In this document: one piece after another, positions 1 to 14,501 of the stretch | Numbering within the stretch: position 1 is the first letter of the stretch | How the letters are laid out: every line of letters starts with the position of its first letter | The notes under the pieces: model-generated | The model's database searches: none | What the model saw: the letters and a program-made list of their open reading frames with translations, nothing else | Told to the model about the DNA's origin: nothing | Translations under genes and position numbers: made by a program | DNA from: an uncultured virus (IMG/VR IMGVR_UViG_3300021400_000104) | Taxonomy: Duplodnaviria > Heunggongvirae > Uroviricota > Caudoviricetes | Virus record (IMG/VR): IMGVR_UViG_3300021400_000104 | Direction: 5' to 3' (one strand) | DNA length: 64,000 nt

Positions 1-1919
1 AATTCAAGGAATACTTCATCCAGATTTCTGAACTATCCGTTTGCATCTTTAATACTAATTCCAACACTTTTTAACGCTTTATCAACTTTATTAAATTCCA
101 AATCATCAAATTCAGACTAATCTGTTCCAGCAACATTCTCTTTTAATTCAGTAAAACGTGCGATAATAGTTTTCATCGCAGTACCAATATTTTCAGGAGC
201 TTCCTAAGTAGTCTCAATCATATTAGTAAGGAAAGCTGCAGTTGATTCAAAACTCATACCTGCTGAACTTGCAATAGATGCAGTCTTACTCATCGCATAG
301 GCAATACCATTTACATCTGCCGCAGCATTAGCAGCAAGTTCTGAATATACGTCGGTAACATGAGCGCCCTAGTCCATTTCCAAATGGAAACCACGAAGGG
401 CAGCTGTCATCTGCTAGGTTGCAGTCTCAAAATCTGCTCCTGCCAAAGTTGCAAGTTTCATAGTATCTTCAGTAAGTTTTAACGCTTCATTTGTATCAAG
501 ACCTTGCTGATAGAATAATGCAGATGCCTTAATCGCAGATTCTGTTGACTGCCCTAATCTGTTAGCAATATCTGTATACTAGCTATAAGTATCCCACAAC
601 CCAGCAACAGTTTTGTCTGTTACCATTGCAATTGATGCAAAAGCCTTATCAAGAGATTGTACATCAGAGAAAGTCTATCTGATGATATTTCTTAATTGAT
701 AATAAGCATTTCCTAAAGAAAAAATATAAGCAATTCTGCTTTTTAACTAATTTAATGTATTATTAAACTTCTACTAATTATTTGCTGCCTATTGGGTATC
801 TTGAATTGTTTTTCTTAAAGTTTGTAAGTATCCTTGAGTCTATCCTTTCATACCTTCAATAGCATTATTATTATTTCTATATATTGTTTCTAATTCTTTT
901 GTCTAATTCGAAGTTCTTTCTTCTGCTTGCTTAATATTTTTATGCGCCTGTTCATTTTTTTTAATTTCTTCACTATTTCGGTTTAATGAATCATTAAAAC
1001 TATCCATATCTTGAATGTTTTTTTCTGTCTATTTCTAATTATTTACAAGTTCTTTATCGAGATTTTTTAATACATTCTGTACTGGAGCAACATTTTCCTA
1101 AAATCTTCTAATTCCTTCAGCAATTTTATTCTCAATTGTTGCAGTATTTGTTGCTGTTATATTATGCTCAGTTAAAAACTGGGTAAAATCTTTTGTTGCT
1201 TTTTTTGCATTAGTAGTAGATGAGACAATTTTGACAAAAGCCTCTTTTATCTAATCTAATTGCTATAAATTTATATTTTCTCCTGTTGTAATGTCTTTAA
1301 AATTATTTGTTCTAAATCCAACTTTTGAAACAGAAGATAACTAATTATTTAAATTATTAGTAGCATTTTGTTTTTCTTTTTCTAATTCCTGTCTTTTCTA
1401 TTTTTGTATATCTAACTATTCCTAATATACTTCTTTAACTCTCTTCTAAATTTCTTCTAAACTTTTACCTTCTTTTACTGCTTCGATAATTTCCTTTTTT
1501 AGCGCGGCAGCCTAACTTCCTTTTATAGAGCTTGTATCTACTTTAAAAGTATTTGAAAACTATTTAGCTAAATCAACAGCTTCTTTTTTTAATTTATCGA
1601 CCTCTTGTTCAGCTTCTTTTATCTATCTTTTGAAATTGTCTGCATTTATATTGTCAAGTGAATTCCCAATTTTAATAATATTCGTTTCTAATTTATTAAC
1701 ATTATTTTCAAAAGTTTTTAATTCTTTCGGAGAAGAAAAACCCTTTTCTGCCTAAGCCTTTAATGTAGCTCCTAATTCTTCAACTTTTTTAATTTCTTTA
1801 TCTAAATTTCCTAAGAGTTCAATATTTCCTCCTTTAGAAACAGAATCTCTTACCTATTTTATTGCAGATAATATTTGCGATATATCAAATACGCCTCTGT
1901 ATTCAATTTTTTCAGTCAT
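1..1919 (-). CDS. Tape measure protein, TP901-family, N-terminal part (runs off window); TAG=Gln
   Basis: ATG at 1919 with GAGGTGAG RBS; open frame if TAG is read through; contains ALFYQQGL..AGADFETAT..SSAGMSFESTAAFL..ENIGTAMKTIIARF typical of TP901 TMP core. Confidence 0.85.
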
Positions 1920-1934
1920 TTAACTCACCTCTTA

Positions 1935-3896
1935 TTAATCAAAATTTGATAAATTAAAACTGATTCCTTTAAAAATTATTCTAGCTTTTAAGTCTTTAAT
2001 TATATCTTTAATTTCCACTACTTTAGATTCATTTTTCCCTTCTGTATTTAATATTGGAGTTTTTGTATAATTAATTGGACTATTATTTTCTAATGCATAC
2101 CTAGATTTTTTAGAGTTCTATATAGTTGTAATTAATTTATAATATAAATAAGAACTTGGAATTATTTTATCTCCAATAAAATATAAATCACTTCTATTAA
2201 AAACATCTTCTGGAGTGTCTCCTGATGTTATCCTTAAAAAATTATCTGTATATCTATAAAAAGAATTTTCCATTAAACTATTAAAAGACATAGGAGTTAT
2301 AGGACTAGTCTCATACAACATTTTTTCATTTGCAAGTAACCAATAATAATTTTCTGCGTCTTTCCCAAAATATTTCCTCATAATTGCCTATTTAGATACT
2401 TCAAAATTAGTCTAATAAAAATTTGACTATTTTAAATTTCGATAATTTTTTACTTGTAATCCAAAATTTTCTTGAAGAATTTTAATCTATACATCCATAG
2501 ATACTTCTCCAGACTCAGATAAATTGGCCCCTGTAATTGTCGCATCATTTATAGCATCTTGAGTAGAAAGAAACAATATCGAAGCAATCTCTCCCAAAAG
2601 ACCTCTAATATTCTCTCTCTTCCATCTAATCAAAATCTTTTTTAACTACTCAGGACTTCTATAAGACTAACTTTCTTTATTTTTTTGTAAATCTTTTATT
2701 ATTGCATTTCTAATCTCTCCTTGATTTTTATTATAATCATATAGAATTTGCTCTTTATTTTTACGATATTTTCTCCCCTCAGTATTAATATAAATTTTTA
2801 TAGTTTCTTTTAGCCCGTCTATTAAAATATTAACAATATTATTTGCATTTAATTCATCTTCTTTCAATTTAAGAATTTTTATATTTACATTATCTTTATA
2901 CATGAAACTACTTGTAGAAACCTCTCTTTCAATAGATAATGGAGAACCATTTAACGTAATATCAATTTTCTTATCCATTCCTTGAAGATATATATTTTTT
3001 AAAACATTTTTTAAGTCTCTCTCAAAATCTTCTGAAATCCCCTTCTTATCTGCAGATTTTACAGAAACTCTCCTAGTTATTGCTCCTTTATTGCTAGAAA
3101 AAAGCTAATTAAGACTTCTTCTTGTTTCATTTATAATTGATTCCTTATAAACATCTCTAATTTGCTATTTTACATACTCCATCTTCTCTCCTGGCCCATA
3201 CACATATGTTTCCAAATATTGAATAAAATCATTAAGCCATTTTTCATCTATTTGTTTGGCTACAAGCCTTTTTAATTCTGTTTCTACTTTTTTGTTTTTT
3301 TTCTCTTCTTCATTGAAAAATAAATTAATGAGCGCTCTTGTTGCTTCATTTACAGAGGTATCTGGTCCTGAAACCCTTGCAGCCTTATGCAAACTAAATG
3401 TACTATAATTTACAGGTGAAGCAAGAAAATTGGCAAAATCTAAATCTAAAAATAAATCTCTTAAAGGATTTTCACTTGCTTTGAATGCTTCTTTAATAAT
3501 TTTGTTGAATTCTTTGGCATAAGTATCATTATATTTATCGTCCATTTCGTTTGGTAATGCTAATGGGGAGTTAATAAGTTTAAATTTTTGTAACTATTGA
3601 ATAAATTTTTTTTCTCTATTCAATGACTGCTAATATGCCGCCATTAACTATCCTTTTACTTTATTTATATAACTTTTTAAAAACTCTTCATTTTCTAAAT
3701 TATTTTTCCCATAAGTAATTCCTCCAGCTTTTATGAAATCAAGCTCTTTTTTCGCAGTTTCATAATAAATATTTCCATTCTGTGCGCCTTCGGGTTTTCT
3801 CCAGAAGAAAGCCTCCTAAACATTATTAATTCTCTTCCAAGTTCCCTTTCTATACTAAATTTGAAGAGGCCTATTAGTATTAACTAAATTACTCAT
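1935..3896 (-). CDS. Hypothetical ~653 aa tail-region protein (TAG read-through)
   Basis: ORF fragments 2118-2381, 2667-2978, 3165-3545 share one frame and end at TAG; ends TAA at 1935. Confidence 0.7.
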
Positions 3897-3918
3897 TTTT
3901 CACCACCAAAAAATAAAA

Positions 3919-3942
3919 TCCGCGACCAACGGGCCGCGGATT
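3919..3942 (-). terminator. Intrinsic terminator
   Basis: ATCCGCGG/CGCGGAT hairpin followed by T-rich run on minus strand. Confidence 0.6.
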
Positions 3943-4843
3943 AAATATAATCTCCTGTTAATTCTTTGTCTAAAAAAGTAACTTTTGCAACAGCTTGCTA
4001 TTTTCGATTATCATTTTCATCTATATAACCTGTAAAATAAAAATCACTAACTGTTGAATTGTCATAGCTACTTCCTAATCTTAATGAGAAATTAGAAGAT
4101 AATTTAATCTTAGGCAACTCCAATATCGCGGTGGATACTTCTCCACTTCTTTCATCCTTAACACTCATTTTCCCATCTAATTTGAGAAAACCATTAAAAA
4201 GTCGATTTCCGACTTCAATAACCTTAATCTTATCTTCATAAGTAAAAGTATAATCTACAAAAATTTGCTTCGCCGGCTCCTATAAAAATAAACGATTTTT
4301 ATAAATCTAAAAATTTTTTATTTTGTGCCCAGTTTCCATATCATAAACAAAAATCCATTTTGTTTTTGATGGAGGTAATGGTTTTAATAACAGTTCTGGA
4401 CGTCTTCCCATTGGCATTGGCTCAAGATTTGGATTCGGCTAAGCACCAAGTTTTTCCAACGCATTTGGAAAATATTTTAAATCCGCAATTAAATAATTAT
4501 TATTATCCACCACATGAATCTGCTCCTAATACTAAACAGATTTATAAGTAGGATTTTTTATTTTTGAATTACTTAATAAAGCCCAACTAACTGGAGATAA
4601 CACTCCATGTGTTATAGCAAAGCTAACCTCCTAATCAATCTCCCAATTAACCAATGCGGGATTATGATAGCCGCCACGAGCTTGAACCGTCCTTTTATGT
4701 TCTTGCACCTAAGCAACTTCCGCTTTCTAAAAAGATAAAATACTTTCATTTATATCATATTTTTTATTCCCTATTTCAAGTGGCTAAAGTAACCTTATAT
4801 TAACATCATAAAGTTCCTTTATCCCAACAAAATTATCATTCAT
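3941..4843 (-). CDS. Divergent tail-tube-like paralog (~300 aa, TAG read-through)
   Basis: MNDNFVGIKELYDV..QARGGYHNPALVNWE matches the GIKEVADV..GGxGN..LIxWD motif of neighbouring genes; RBS present. Confidence 0.6.
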
Positions 4844-4902
4844 TAAGGATCCCTCCTTATTCTTTTTCTTTTAATAAGTAGAAATACTGTTAAAAATATA
4901 TA

Positions 4903-4930
4903 AAAAAAGGAGACAGTAAACTGTCTCCTT
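4903..4930 (-). terminator. Intrinsic terminator
   Basis: AAGGAGACAG/CTGTCTCCTT hairpin plus T-run. Confidence 0.7.
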
Positions 4931-4934
4931 AAAA

Positions 4935-6311
4935 TCAGTACATTTCATCATTAACAATGCCGCTACTTTCTTTCAACTCAATTGTTGTTGGAGTATAAGT
5001 ATATTTAGACTTCTATGGTACAATTCTAGTACCACCATGCAATGTGTCTTCATCTACATCAAATTGTTTCAGCTCAATCATAATATCATTTGGTGGAGTT
5101 AATACATCAATTGACATACTAAATGTTGTTGGGTCTCCTTCTGCTTCAAGAGTAATACTTGTATCAGAAGAAACTTGTGCGCGATGGATTGTGAACTAAT
5201 ATCTCTAATCTTTACCAGTTTTCTGATCTCTTATATAAGTTTCTCCTACAATCTTATATGCCTCTGGGAAAGTATCTGCATCAATAACGAAAGTTCTTCC
5301 TAAGATTCCATCGTCTGTACCGTCCTTATACTTCACAGTGCGGCTCCATTTATAATAAATTGTTCCTGGCTTAATAACGAATTCATCAATATCTGTATAA
5401 CGATCAAAGTCTTTGTCACTCTTAAAATTAGGGTTATCTGCCGCATCCCATCCTTTAATAATTCCATTGTCATTTACGCTTAAAAGAGGAAGCATTGTTT
5501 TTGCATCGTAATAAATAATATAACTAGAAGTTCTGTCATCTTGATAATAACGTAATAAATTCTTCTTCTACTCTGCGGTGCTAATTTTCAAACCGTCTTT
5601 ATTTCTAACAATACATTTTTCCATTCTATCAATAACTTCTAAATCATAAATTTGAGTATCTATATATCCAATTTTTTTCAAGTTATCAATCATTTTAAGA
5701 ATATTATTCTGAACATAAGCAGGCATTGCTTTCTATTCTTCTTGCTATTCAGGAGTTAAATCTTCATTCTAATAAGTTCTCTTAAAATAATTCTTTCTTA
5801 CTGTATTTCTATTTTCTTCGATATAAGGAATATCACCATTATAGTGACTTTTCCATATCATTTTTTCTTCATCTTCGTCGCCGATTTCCTTCTGAATTGC
5901 TCTAAAAACAATATCCCATTCCTCGTCTGTAAAAGCAGGAGAAGGATATGCTTTTACTGAATAATGAAGTTTTCCATATTTATTTGCCATCATTATTTTT
6001 GTAATTGCAGAAGTATATGGGGACAACTTAGCCTATAATTCTCCACCCCAAATCATACTCATACTTGCAGGAGTGAATAAAGCATCTTCTAGATTCAAAG
6101 TAATTTCTTTTCCAAAATTCCAAGTAATTAATTTCTTGTTACCCTTACCGCCTTCAGCGCTAACTTTTTCTGCGCTTTTTTCTAAAGTCGATACCTTTAA
6201 GGTGTCAAGAAATAGAACTGGAGTATAAAATTCTTCATCTCCAACAGTAGTTATAGAATAAAAAACTACGTCAGCAACTTCTTTTATTCCATATTTTTGA
6301 AACAAATTCAT
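4935..6311 (-). CDS. Tail-tube-like structural protein paralog (~458 aa, TAG read-through)
   Basis: Fragments 6033-6311, 5769-6026, 5205-5495 in one frame; N-term FQKYGIKEVADV..LDTLKVSTLE; C-term LEAEGDPTTFSM. Confidence 0.75.
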
Positions 6312-6339
6312 TCTATTCTCACCTCTATATCGTCTTTAT

Positions 6340-8406
6340 TTAAGTTGATAAGTCTGATAAATCTTCATTAACTACTCCGCTAATCGGAATAACTTTCGTA
6401 CTTCCACTCTTATATCCATCATAAGATTGACAATCAACATTATACTATGTTAATTTCATCATTGTGCCATCTTCCTTACGAAGAACTTTTAAAGTCATAG
6501 TAAATGTAGTTGGGTCTCCCGCCGCCTCAAGAGTTAAATTATTTTCACTAGACATCTTACATAATGGAATCTCAAACTAATATCTCTAATCTTTTCCAGT
6601 ATCTCTGCTTCTCACATAAGTCTCACCGACTAGACGATATGTGCCAGGGAAGTGTGTCGCATCAACTGTAATTCTATGTCCAAGAGAAGTGTATTTAGGC
6701 GCACGAGTTCTTGTCCATTTATAATAAATATCGTTCTACTTGATAATTCTTAAATTACCAGTAACAATAGTACCATTTTTCCTTGTGAAATTATCTGAAT
6801 TAGCTTCAAAAGGCTTCATAGTTTTTGGATCAATAAATACAACTAAATCTGCCTAAGTGTATTCTGGCATATAACGATAATTAGCAGATTTAATATTTCT
6901 ATCAGTATTAATAGCAAAAGTCTAAGATGCTTTACATTTTTCCATTCTTTCTAAAACATAAACATCCTCTAAGCCACTATTAATCGGATAAATTAAGTCT
7001 TCCATTGAATACATCGCCGCGTTCCAATCAGCAATTATATAGAAAGTACCAACTTTAACTCTTGTCATATGATTTAATGACTCTCCATCTTCTACAGTAG
7101 GAACTGTCCAAGTTACATTTACATAAAAGTCAACCTTAGACTCATATGCATCTACAACCCATCCATAGCTCTTTCCACTAGTTTCTTGTCTAGTAGTTAA
7201 ATCAATAAAGTCTTCTACTTCTTTGGGAGGATTCCCATCTAAATCCCAAGGATCAGCAGTAACAAATTGAGTTGGATATAATTTTCTTCTTGCTATCATA
7301 ACCTATTTATTCTAAGAATCTGTAGGAACTCTATATTTAATACTTGCACCTTCAGAATAATATATATCCATATTACCTTCAAGCGAAGTCATTTTCAAAT
7401 CAGTATCTTCCCAAATATATCCATGAGCAGAACTACAAGAACATCCTGAATTTCCTGAGAAAGTATCTGAATCAATTTCTTCACTTACGCATAGCTTAGA
7501 GCTTGGCTCATCTGTTTCAGAAATATTCTCGGGTCTATCTACAGCAGAATATTTGTAATTTTTAAAATCAAATTTTCCAAAATTTTCTACAATAATTTCT
7601 GCTTTTTCAGGCGCGCGGAAATTGTTATTGTTAATATCAAACCAAGTTGTTGAAAGCTCTGAACTATAATATCCATTTTGCCTCATATCTAAAGACAATT
7701 CTGTATCATCATCTTTTTCATAAATTGGGAAATTATTAGGACAATAAAGCGCGTATCCATTAAGCTAATCTTCCTTTGGATTACTCTTATTTTCTTGACT
7801 CAAATATTTATAATGTCCATCTGCTGGAATATATTTGACTTTTTTCCATTGATTATCACAAGGACAAATGAATTCTGCCCATCCGTCTTCTTCTGTAAGA
7901 GTATCCCAAATGTAATTTGTTGAAATAGGATTGCCTTTATAAGGATAAATATTACCGTCCTTATCAATAATCTAATAACGAGCTTCTTCAGTCGGATACC
8001 CATCTTCATCTGTCCTATAAACAGTAGCTTCAGCAATAATTGGATTCAAATAAATTCTTCTTCCCCATTTGTCAGTATCAAATTCAATTGGATTCCATAC
8101 TCCTTTAATTTTACTATGTTTTGTTCCGAACTTGCCGCCCCACATTAAACTTTGACTAGCTGGGCTAAAAAGAGCATCTTCTAAAGTAACAGAAATCTCT
8201 TTCCCATAATCCCAAATAATGAGTTCAGGATTACCCAGGCCGCCACGAGCAGAAGTCTGCTCGGCGGTCTGTTCTAATGTGGAAACTTTTAAAGTGTCAA
8301 AGTACATCACTGGAATGTAAACTTCATCATCATATTTGTCAAGTTCAATAGCATATAAGGTACAATCTGCTACTTCCTTAATACCATATTGTTCAAATAT
8401 GTTCAC
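6340..8406 (-). CDS. Tail-tube-like structural protein paralog (~688 aa, TAG read-through)
   Basis: Fragments 7972-8406, 7312-7698, 6922-7299 in one frame; same N- and C-terminal motifs (LEAAGDPTTFTM). Confidence 0.75.
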
Positions 8407-8423
8407 TTTTTTCGCCTCCTTTC

Positions 8424-10394
8424 TTACTCACTCAACACTTCTGTTGAACCGTCAACGGCATAAAAACAACCGTTATCTCCTTCTAATAACTTCTCTGCAA
8501 TTTCATAAGAAGTTAATTCCATCATTACGCCACTAGCTGGGCGAGCAACTTCAAGATTCAGATTAAATGTTGTTGGATCTCCATCGGCCTCTAGTGTTAA
8601 AGTATGGTCTGATCTAACTTTACATAAGGGGAATTTAATCTACATACGTTGGTCTTCTCCTGTATCTCGATCACGAATATAAGTTTCTCCTACCATCATA
8701 TACATACCAGGCCACTAATCTGCTTTAACAGTAATTCTTTGAGCTTTAAGAGTTTTCCCTTTAGGGGCAATTGTTAAAGATTTTACATAATATGGCTCAC
8801 CCTGATGGAACCAATAATCATCATCATAAGGCTTCATTGTTCGTGGATTTATATATGCCCATAACTTGCCTCTTGATTTCTCTGATTCTCCATCTTCATT
8901 TTTATTTACTGTAGTATATTTATTATTAACTGCCCACGGAGTTCCACTACTATGAATTGTAGCAGGAAGAATGTTAATAATATCCTATTCATATTTAGTA
9001 ATTAAGAAGTAAATCATTTCATTAATACTCTAAAAACGAAGCCACATATCAATACCTTTAAACTAAGACACGTCTACAGGAACAGACGGGTTTCTCCAAG
9101 TAATTGTTACAGTATCATTTACTGTACTTTCATTACCGATTAAAGCATGATAATTATCTTCATTATCTACGATAATAGCTAGATATTGTCCTTTAGAAAT
9201 ATCCTACTATCCGATAACTTTTTCTACACTACCAAGCTCATCAGCAATCTACTAGCCAGTTCTAGTTTGATTTACCTAAGTAAATAACTCTGTCATTGCG
9301 CCATTCTATAGATAAGTAACTAAAGTGCTTTCTACTTCATCTACAGTAATTGCAATAGCATCAGTAAAAGTATTACCCCAATAAGGATTAGTAATGTCAG
9401 CAACTTCAAATAATGGCTCATCAGTAATACTATACTTATTTAAACTATCCTTATAAATTGGCGTTTTTACATCTCTTAATGGAACATACCACTTATTCCC
9501 CTTTTTACATGCTCCATTAGAATAAAATACGTAAGATGCTGCCTCAAGAACTTTACCTAACGGAACTGATAGAGAGCTATATTCATCAGCACTCATTGCA
9601 TAAGTAACATTTACTATTGTGCCCAAATCTTGCATATTATAATCAAAAATAATCTTAGCAAGTGGCGGCACCATGCATCTGGCGCATGTATTAATTCTAT
9701 AAATAACTGCATCTTTATAATTGAGATAATTAGGAAGACTTGCGGCACTAACTTTTCTATCCCAATCAATGCGATAAGATACTCCTTTAATATCAAAAAA
9801 TCTATCAGGAACGACTGCAATAGATTTAACAACAGATTCAATAGCCATTTTCCATCTATAACTATGATTATGACAAATTCCTGTACCACGAATATCTGTT
9901 CCATCAACTACAGAAGAAATTTTTAATAAATCTAAATGACTATCAACAGTATCTTCTTTAAGCTGTGGAAGCAATCGACTAATAATAGCTCCGTCTCTAT
10001 CTTGTCTTGGGAAAAAGGCTTTTTCCATTCGAGAAATTCTATTTACGGGATTCTTACAACAACAAACATCCGTATTATATTTAACTTCGGCATCCTACCA
10101 ATCTGCATTTAATACACCATTCCAACATAATCCTAAAGATGCAGGAGTGCATAAAGCGTCTTCAAGAGTAACATCTATTGTTTTCCCATAATCCCACGCA
10201 ATCAATCTTGCATTTCCAAGACCGCCTTGCGCCCAGACACTTTCCGCAGATTTTTCAACAGTTGAAACCTTTAATGTATCAAGATAAAGTGCTGGTACAT
10301 AATATAATTCTCCTGAACCATCTTGCTTTTTATGGATGCTATAGAGAGTAACATCAGCAACTTCTTTAATACCATACTGCTCAAAAAGTCCCAC
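8424..10394 (-). CDS. Tail-tube-like structural protein paralog (~656 aa, TAG read-through)
   Basis: Fragments 10095-10394 and 9306-10028 in one frame; C-term GETYIRDR..LEADGDPTTF. Confidence 0.75.
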
Positions 10395-10464
10395 CTTTAT
10401 TCACCTCTTTATAGATATTTGAGAATAGCCGCCCGCAAGAGAGGGGCGGCTAATTGCTCTTTTA

Positions 10465-13242
10465 TCAATATTCAGTTGCTCCGATTGCGTCAAGATCATC
10501 ATCAGAATCAGAACTTACCTCAAACAACTCTGCATCGTCAAGAAGGTTGAGATTCTCTGTCTCATTTACCATATCGGAACCGTCATTCTGCTCTTCATTC
10601 TCTACAACATCATACTGGATGAACTTAACCATCACGCCGTCATCGGGACGAAGAACTGTCATAGTCATATCGAATACAACTGGATCGCCATCTGCTTCAA
10701 GAGTAAGGCTCCACTCAGTGCCCATCTTAGCCTGTGGGATTACAAACTAGAATCTCTAGTCCTCTCCAGTGTCCTTAGCACGAGCATAAGTATCACCGAC
10801 AATCTTGTAAGTTCCAGGGAACTTATCAGCAGAAATTTCAATCATATGACCAAGGCTTTCACCATTATAGGCTACAGAACGAGTAAACTTATAGAAAATT
10901 TCTCCTTCTGCGATAGGAGTACCATCAGGATATGGCTCCATAGTCTTAGGGTCATAGAATACTGCCTATGCAACCTTGTCTGCTTCAGTAGGAGTACCAT
11001 TCATATTTCCTGCAGGAACAATGAAACTTCTCTTTGCAGTTACCTTAGTAAATCTATCAAGAGCTTTTACATCCTTAACTCCCTTACGGAAATCATTGCC
11101 TTCATATGCACCAATCATGGCGCTCATAGAGGCTGGAGTAAACAAGGCATCTTCAAGATTAAGAGTAATTTCCTTACCATAGTCCCAACCAATAAGATTT
11201 GCATTACCCTTTCCGCCTGTTGCATAAACTTCTTCAGCAGTCTATTCAAGAGTTGAAACCTTAAGAGTGTCAAGATAAAGAACAGGAACATAATGAGTTA
11301 CAGTCTTCTCAGTCTTTCTTGTATACATCTTTGCAACTTCGCAAGTCGCTTCAAATGTCTCATTATTTGCTGTAATATCAGTAGTATGAATAAGTCCATT
11401 CTTTACGAGCTTAGCGCATCTAATATCGTCAGCATAGCCGCCATTATTAATCATCCATGCTACTCTACTTACATTTCTATCTCCATGACGATTTACAACA
11501 AAAATCATGCCCTTATCGCCAATAATAACTAATGCAAGCCATTCAACCTACTTAAAGATCTTATCCTGATAATATAGCTTATTTCCTCTCTTATCTTCAA
11601 AAGTAAACACGCCCTCATTATCTGCGGCCAACTTACGATAATTCTTATTATGAAGTAAATAAATGTAAGAATTAGTTGCAGTATCTACACCGACATTTCT
11701 TACATAAATTGCTCTATTAGATACGTCTCCAATTGCGTTATAATCAACTCTAATATTTTCTCCAATTGCGTTTGTCTTGGTGCTCAATTCAGAAATCGCA
11801 GCAAGAACTTCTTCTAAAGAATACTTCTTAGCATTCACATCGATCTGAGTGTTGTTTGCAAAATACTTGTAAATAGCGTCATAATCAATATCTTCTCTAC
11901 CTACGGTAGGAATAGCTGTACTTACAGTATCCTTATCAGAAACTTTATAACCTCCATAAAGTCTCTTAATTCCAACAGCGCTTTCAGACCCGCCAGTATC
12001 AAGAATCTTCTACTGCTATCTTAATGCGTCAATTGCATCATTAATACTATAATGTTGATTATTTCCCCACATGGTTGCATTTGCAATTGCGAAGTCAACG
12101 CCCTTTCTTGCCGCGGCCCAAGTTCTATAATCTGCAAGAGAATTGAAATTAGTAATAGTCTTAGTTGCCTTATTGTAATCAGAACCTAGGAAATAATGAT
12201 TGTAATATCCCATCTCGTCCTCTACTACAAGCTCAGCATACATATCATAAACTACATCATATGCTTTAGCCTAATAACTCTGAGTTAACTTATTGATTGC
12301 AGCGTTTACTTCTTCAATATTATATGCCCCTTCAGACCATGAAGGTCCATCTGCGGTAGTATTAGAAGCAAGTCCAAGAACTACAACCTTCTCAGAAGAA
12401 TTAGGAGTTAAAGTATATTCATCTTCAAAAGTCAATTCTCCAATCAATTCATCGGCATTAGCAAAACGGTATCTTGTACCATTTTTATTAATTAAATTCT
12501 ATCTCTTAGCAAAATTAATGAAAACCTATTCTGCATAAGTAAATTCATGAGTTCCAACTTCCTTATCAGCGTCAGGCTCTACGCTATTATTGGTATTGAA
12601 AACACCTGTTGATAAATCACTAGTTCTCTTGAATTCTACATTATCAAAAGTAGCAGTAAAATCATACAAATAACCGATTACTTCATCTTCGTCATTTTTA
12701 ATTTCCTGCTTTTTAACATAGTTAATCTTACCTGTTGGATAATCTACATCGTCATATTCCTCAAGATCCTTTGAGTTTAGAACTCTTTGAGTAAGATTAT
12801 TAATGAAAATAGGATAACCATTAGAATACTCATAAATTGGTTCAGAAACAATAGTCCAAGTATCAATATCAATCTTGCCCTTTCCTGCCTCTAAATCCTC
12901 AAATTCAATATCATTTTCACTAAGAGTAGTTACTTCTTCTGCGGCAATATACTGTCCTTTTACAGTAATTTTTGCAGAAATCTAATCATCGCAGTCATAA
13001 TTAGCCTTAGTAATTAAGTCTGCATCTGTGAAAACATAAGCCTAAAAGCCCTCATCAGTGCCTACTCCATTCTCTAATGGATATACGGTTCTTTCTTCGA
13101 TACTGCCTTTGATAACCGTAGCAATAGAGAAAGTTCTTTGAGCCTCATAGGTTTTAGTCTTTTTTTCAATTCGGTAAAAAGTTACATCAGCGACTTCCTT
13201 GATACCATACTTTTCAAAAAGATTTTGATTCTGAGTAGCCAT
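10465..13242 (-). CDS. Probable major tail (tube) protein with a large inserted domain (~925 aa, TAG read-through)
   Basis: Six ORF fragments in one frame; strong RBS; followed by hairpin terminator near 10427-10451. Confidence 0.7.
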
Positions 13243-13254
13243 TCTTCAACCTCC

Positions 13255-14004
13255 TTATTTATCATCGAGACTTTCGCCCCAATATTTAGTTTTAATCTTT
13301 TTACTATCTGCGCCCGCGCAAACCATTTGAATATCTTGTTCCCATTTCTCTTTCATCTGATGTCTACGGAGTAAGTCGTAAAAAGCGTATAAGGTATGAT
13401 TCTATATGTCAATTCCATAAACTTCTGCAATTTCAAGTAGCTCAAGGAAAGACTACCCCTCTCCTTTTTTCTAAGCCTATTTCTTTTTTACTGCAGCAAC
13501 TTTTTCTCTTAAAAGACGCATTTTTCTCTATCCAGGAGTCTCATTTGGTGGTGGTGGTTCAACAATATCGCGTTTATTCTATATTCTTAGAATATCCTGG
13601 AAATCTCTAAAATTATCTTTATTAATTAATCGTTGCTATGAAATCGCTCCAATCTAAATAGAATTGATTTTAGGAAGTAATAATACCTCTTCCTTTACAA
13701 AAGTAGCGATTATATTTTTAAGTTCTAAAAAAAACATATCATCATATTGCGCGCTCTAAAGCAAATAAACTAGAGGATTGACTTCTTCAATTGGAACTTT
13801 ATCTCCAGTTTTTTCTTTAATTAAATTTACAATTTCGACTTCTGTTAATAATAATAAACTTAACATCCCATTATAACGATAGCTCCCTATTGAAACAATA
13901 TCTCCTATAGTAAGTGGATAAATTTTACATACTGATGGCAAAGAAGATGGTTTCCCTAAATAAGCCTATTCTTTAATTTCTTCTATCTAATTAAGAGAAA
14001 GCAT
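13255..14004 (-). CDS. Hypothetical tail-region protein (~249 aa, TAG read-through)
   Basis: Open frame with TAG=Q including fragment 13756-13941; position beside tail genes. Confidence 0.6.
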
Positions 14005-14497
14005 TTATCATAAACCTCATCGTATATGCCCCCATTTCTTCGGTTAATGTTGACACATCAAATCCAGTATATTTTATTTCTCCTAAGCCATTAATTCTTG
14101 TCCCATCCAATGTTTTTCTAATTTCTGCCATTATAGCAAAAGGACGTAAATTTTCTCCGGCAATTAGCCATTCTTCAAAAGGACAATATACATTAATAAT
14201 TAAAGATACATTTTCATTATCGGGATTGAAATCATTAATTTCTCCAGAATCATATAATAAAACTAGCTTAGAAGTTGTCTTCTAGTCATCTATCTAAAGC
14301 AAAGGAACGACTCTAATGTTTTTATTTATCAAACTTAACCCGTCAACTTGTTCAGGATGTGTTTTCAAATTAAGAGGATCCAAGTCTGTATTCATTAAAA
14401 GCCGAATTAAATTATCATTTTTTGTTAGCTTCTTACAAATTTTAATTAAATTTCTCCCATGCTCCTATCCGTATTTAACTGAAGAATTTACTTCCAT
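13991..14497 (-). CDS. Putative neck/tail-completion protein (~168 aa, TAG read-through)
   Basis: MEVNSSVKYGQEHG..INVYCPFEEW..LRPFAIMAEI; synteny between head and tail genes. Confidence 0.55.
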
Positions 14498-14501
14498 TTA
14501 A

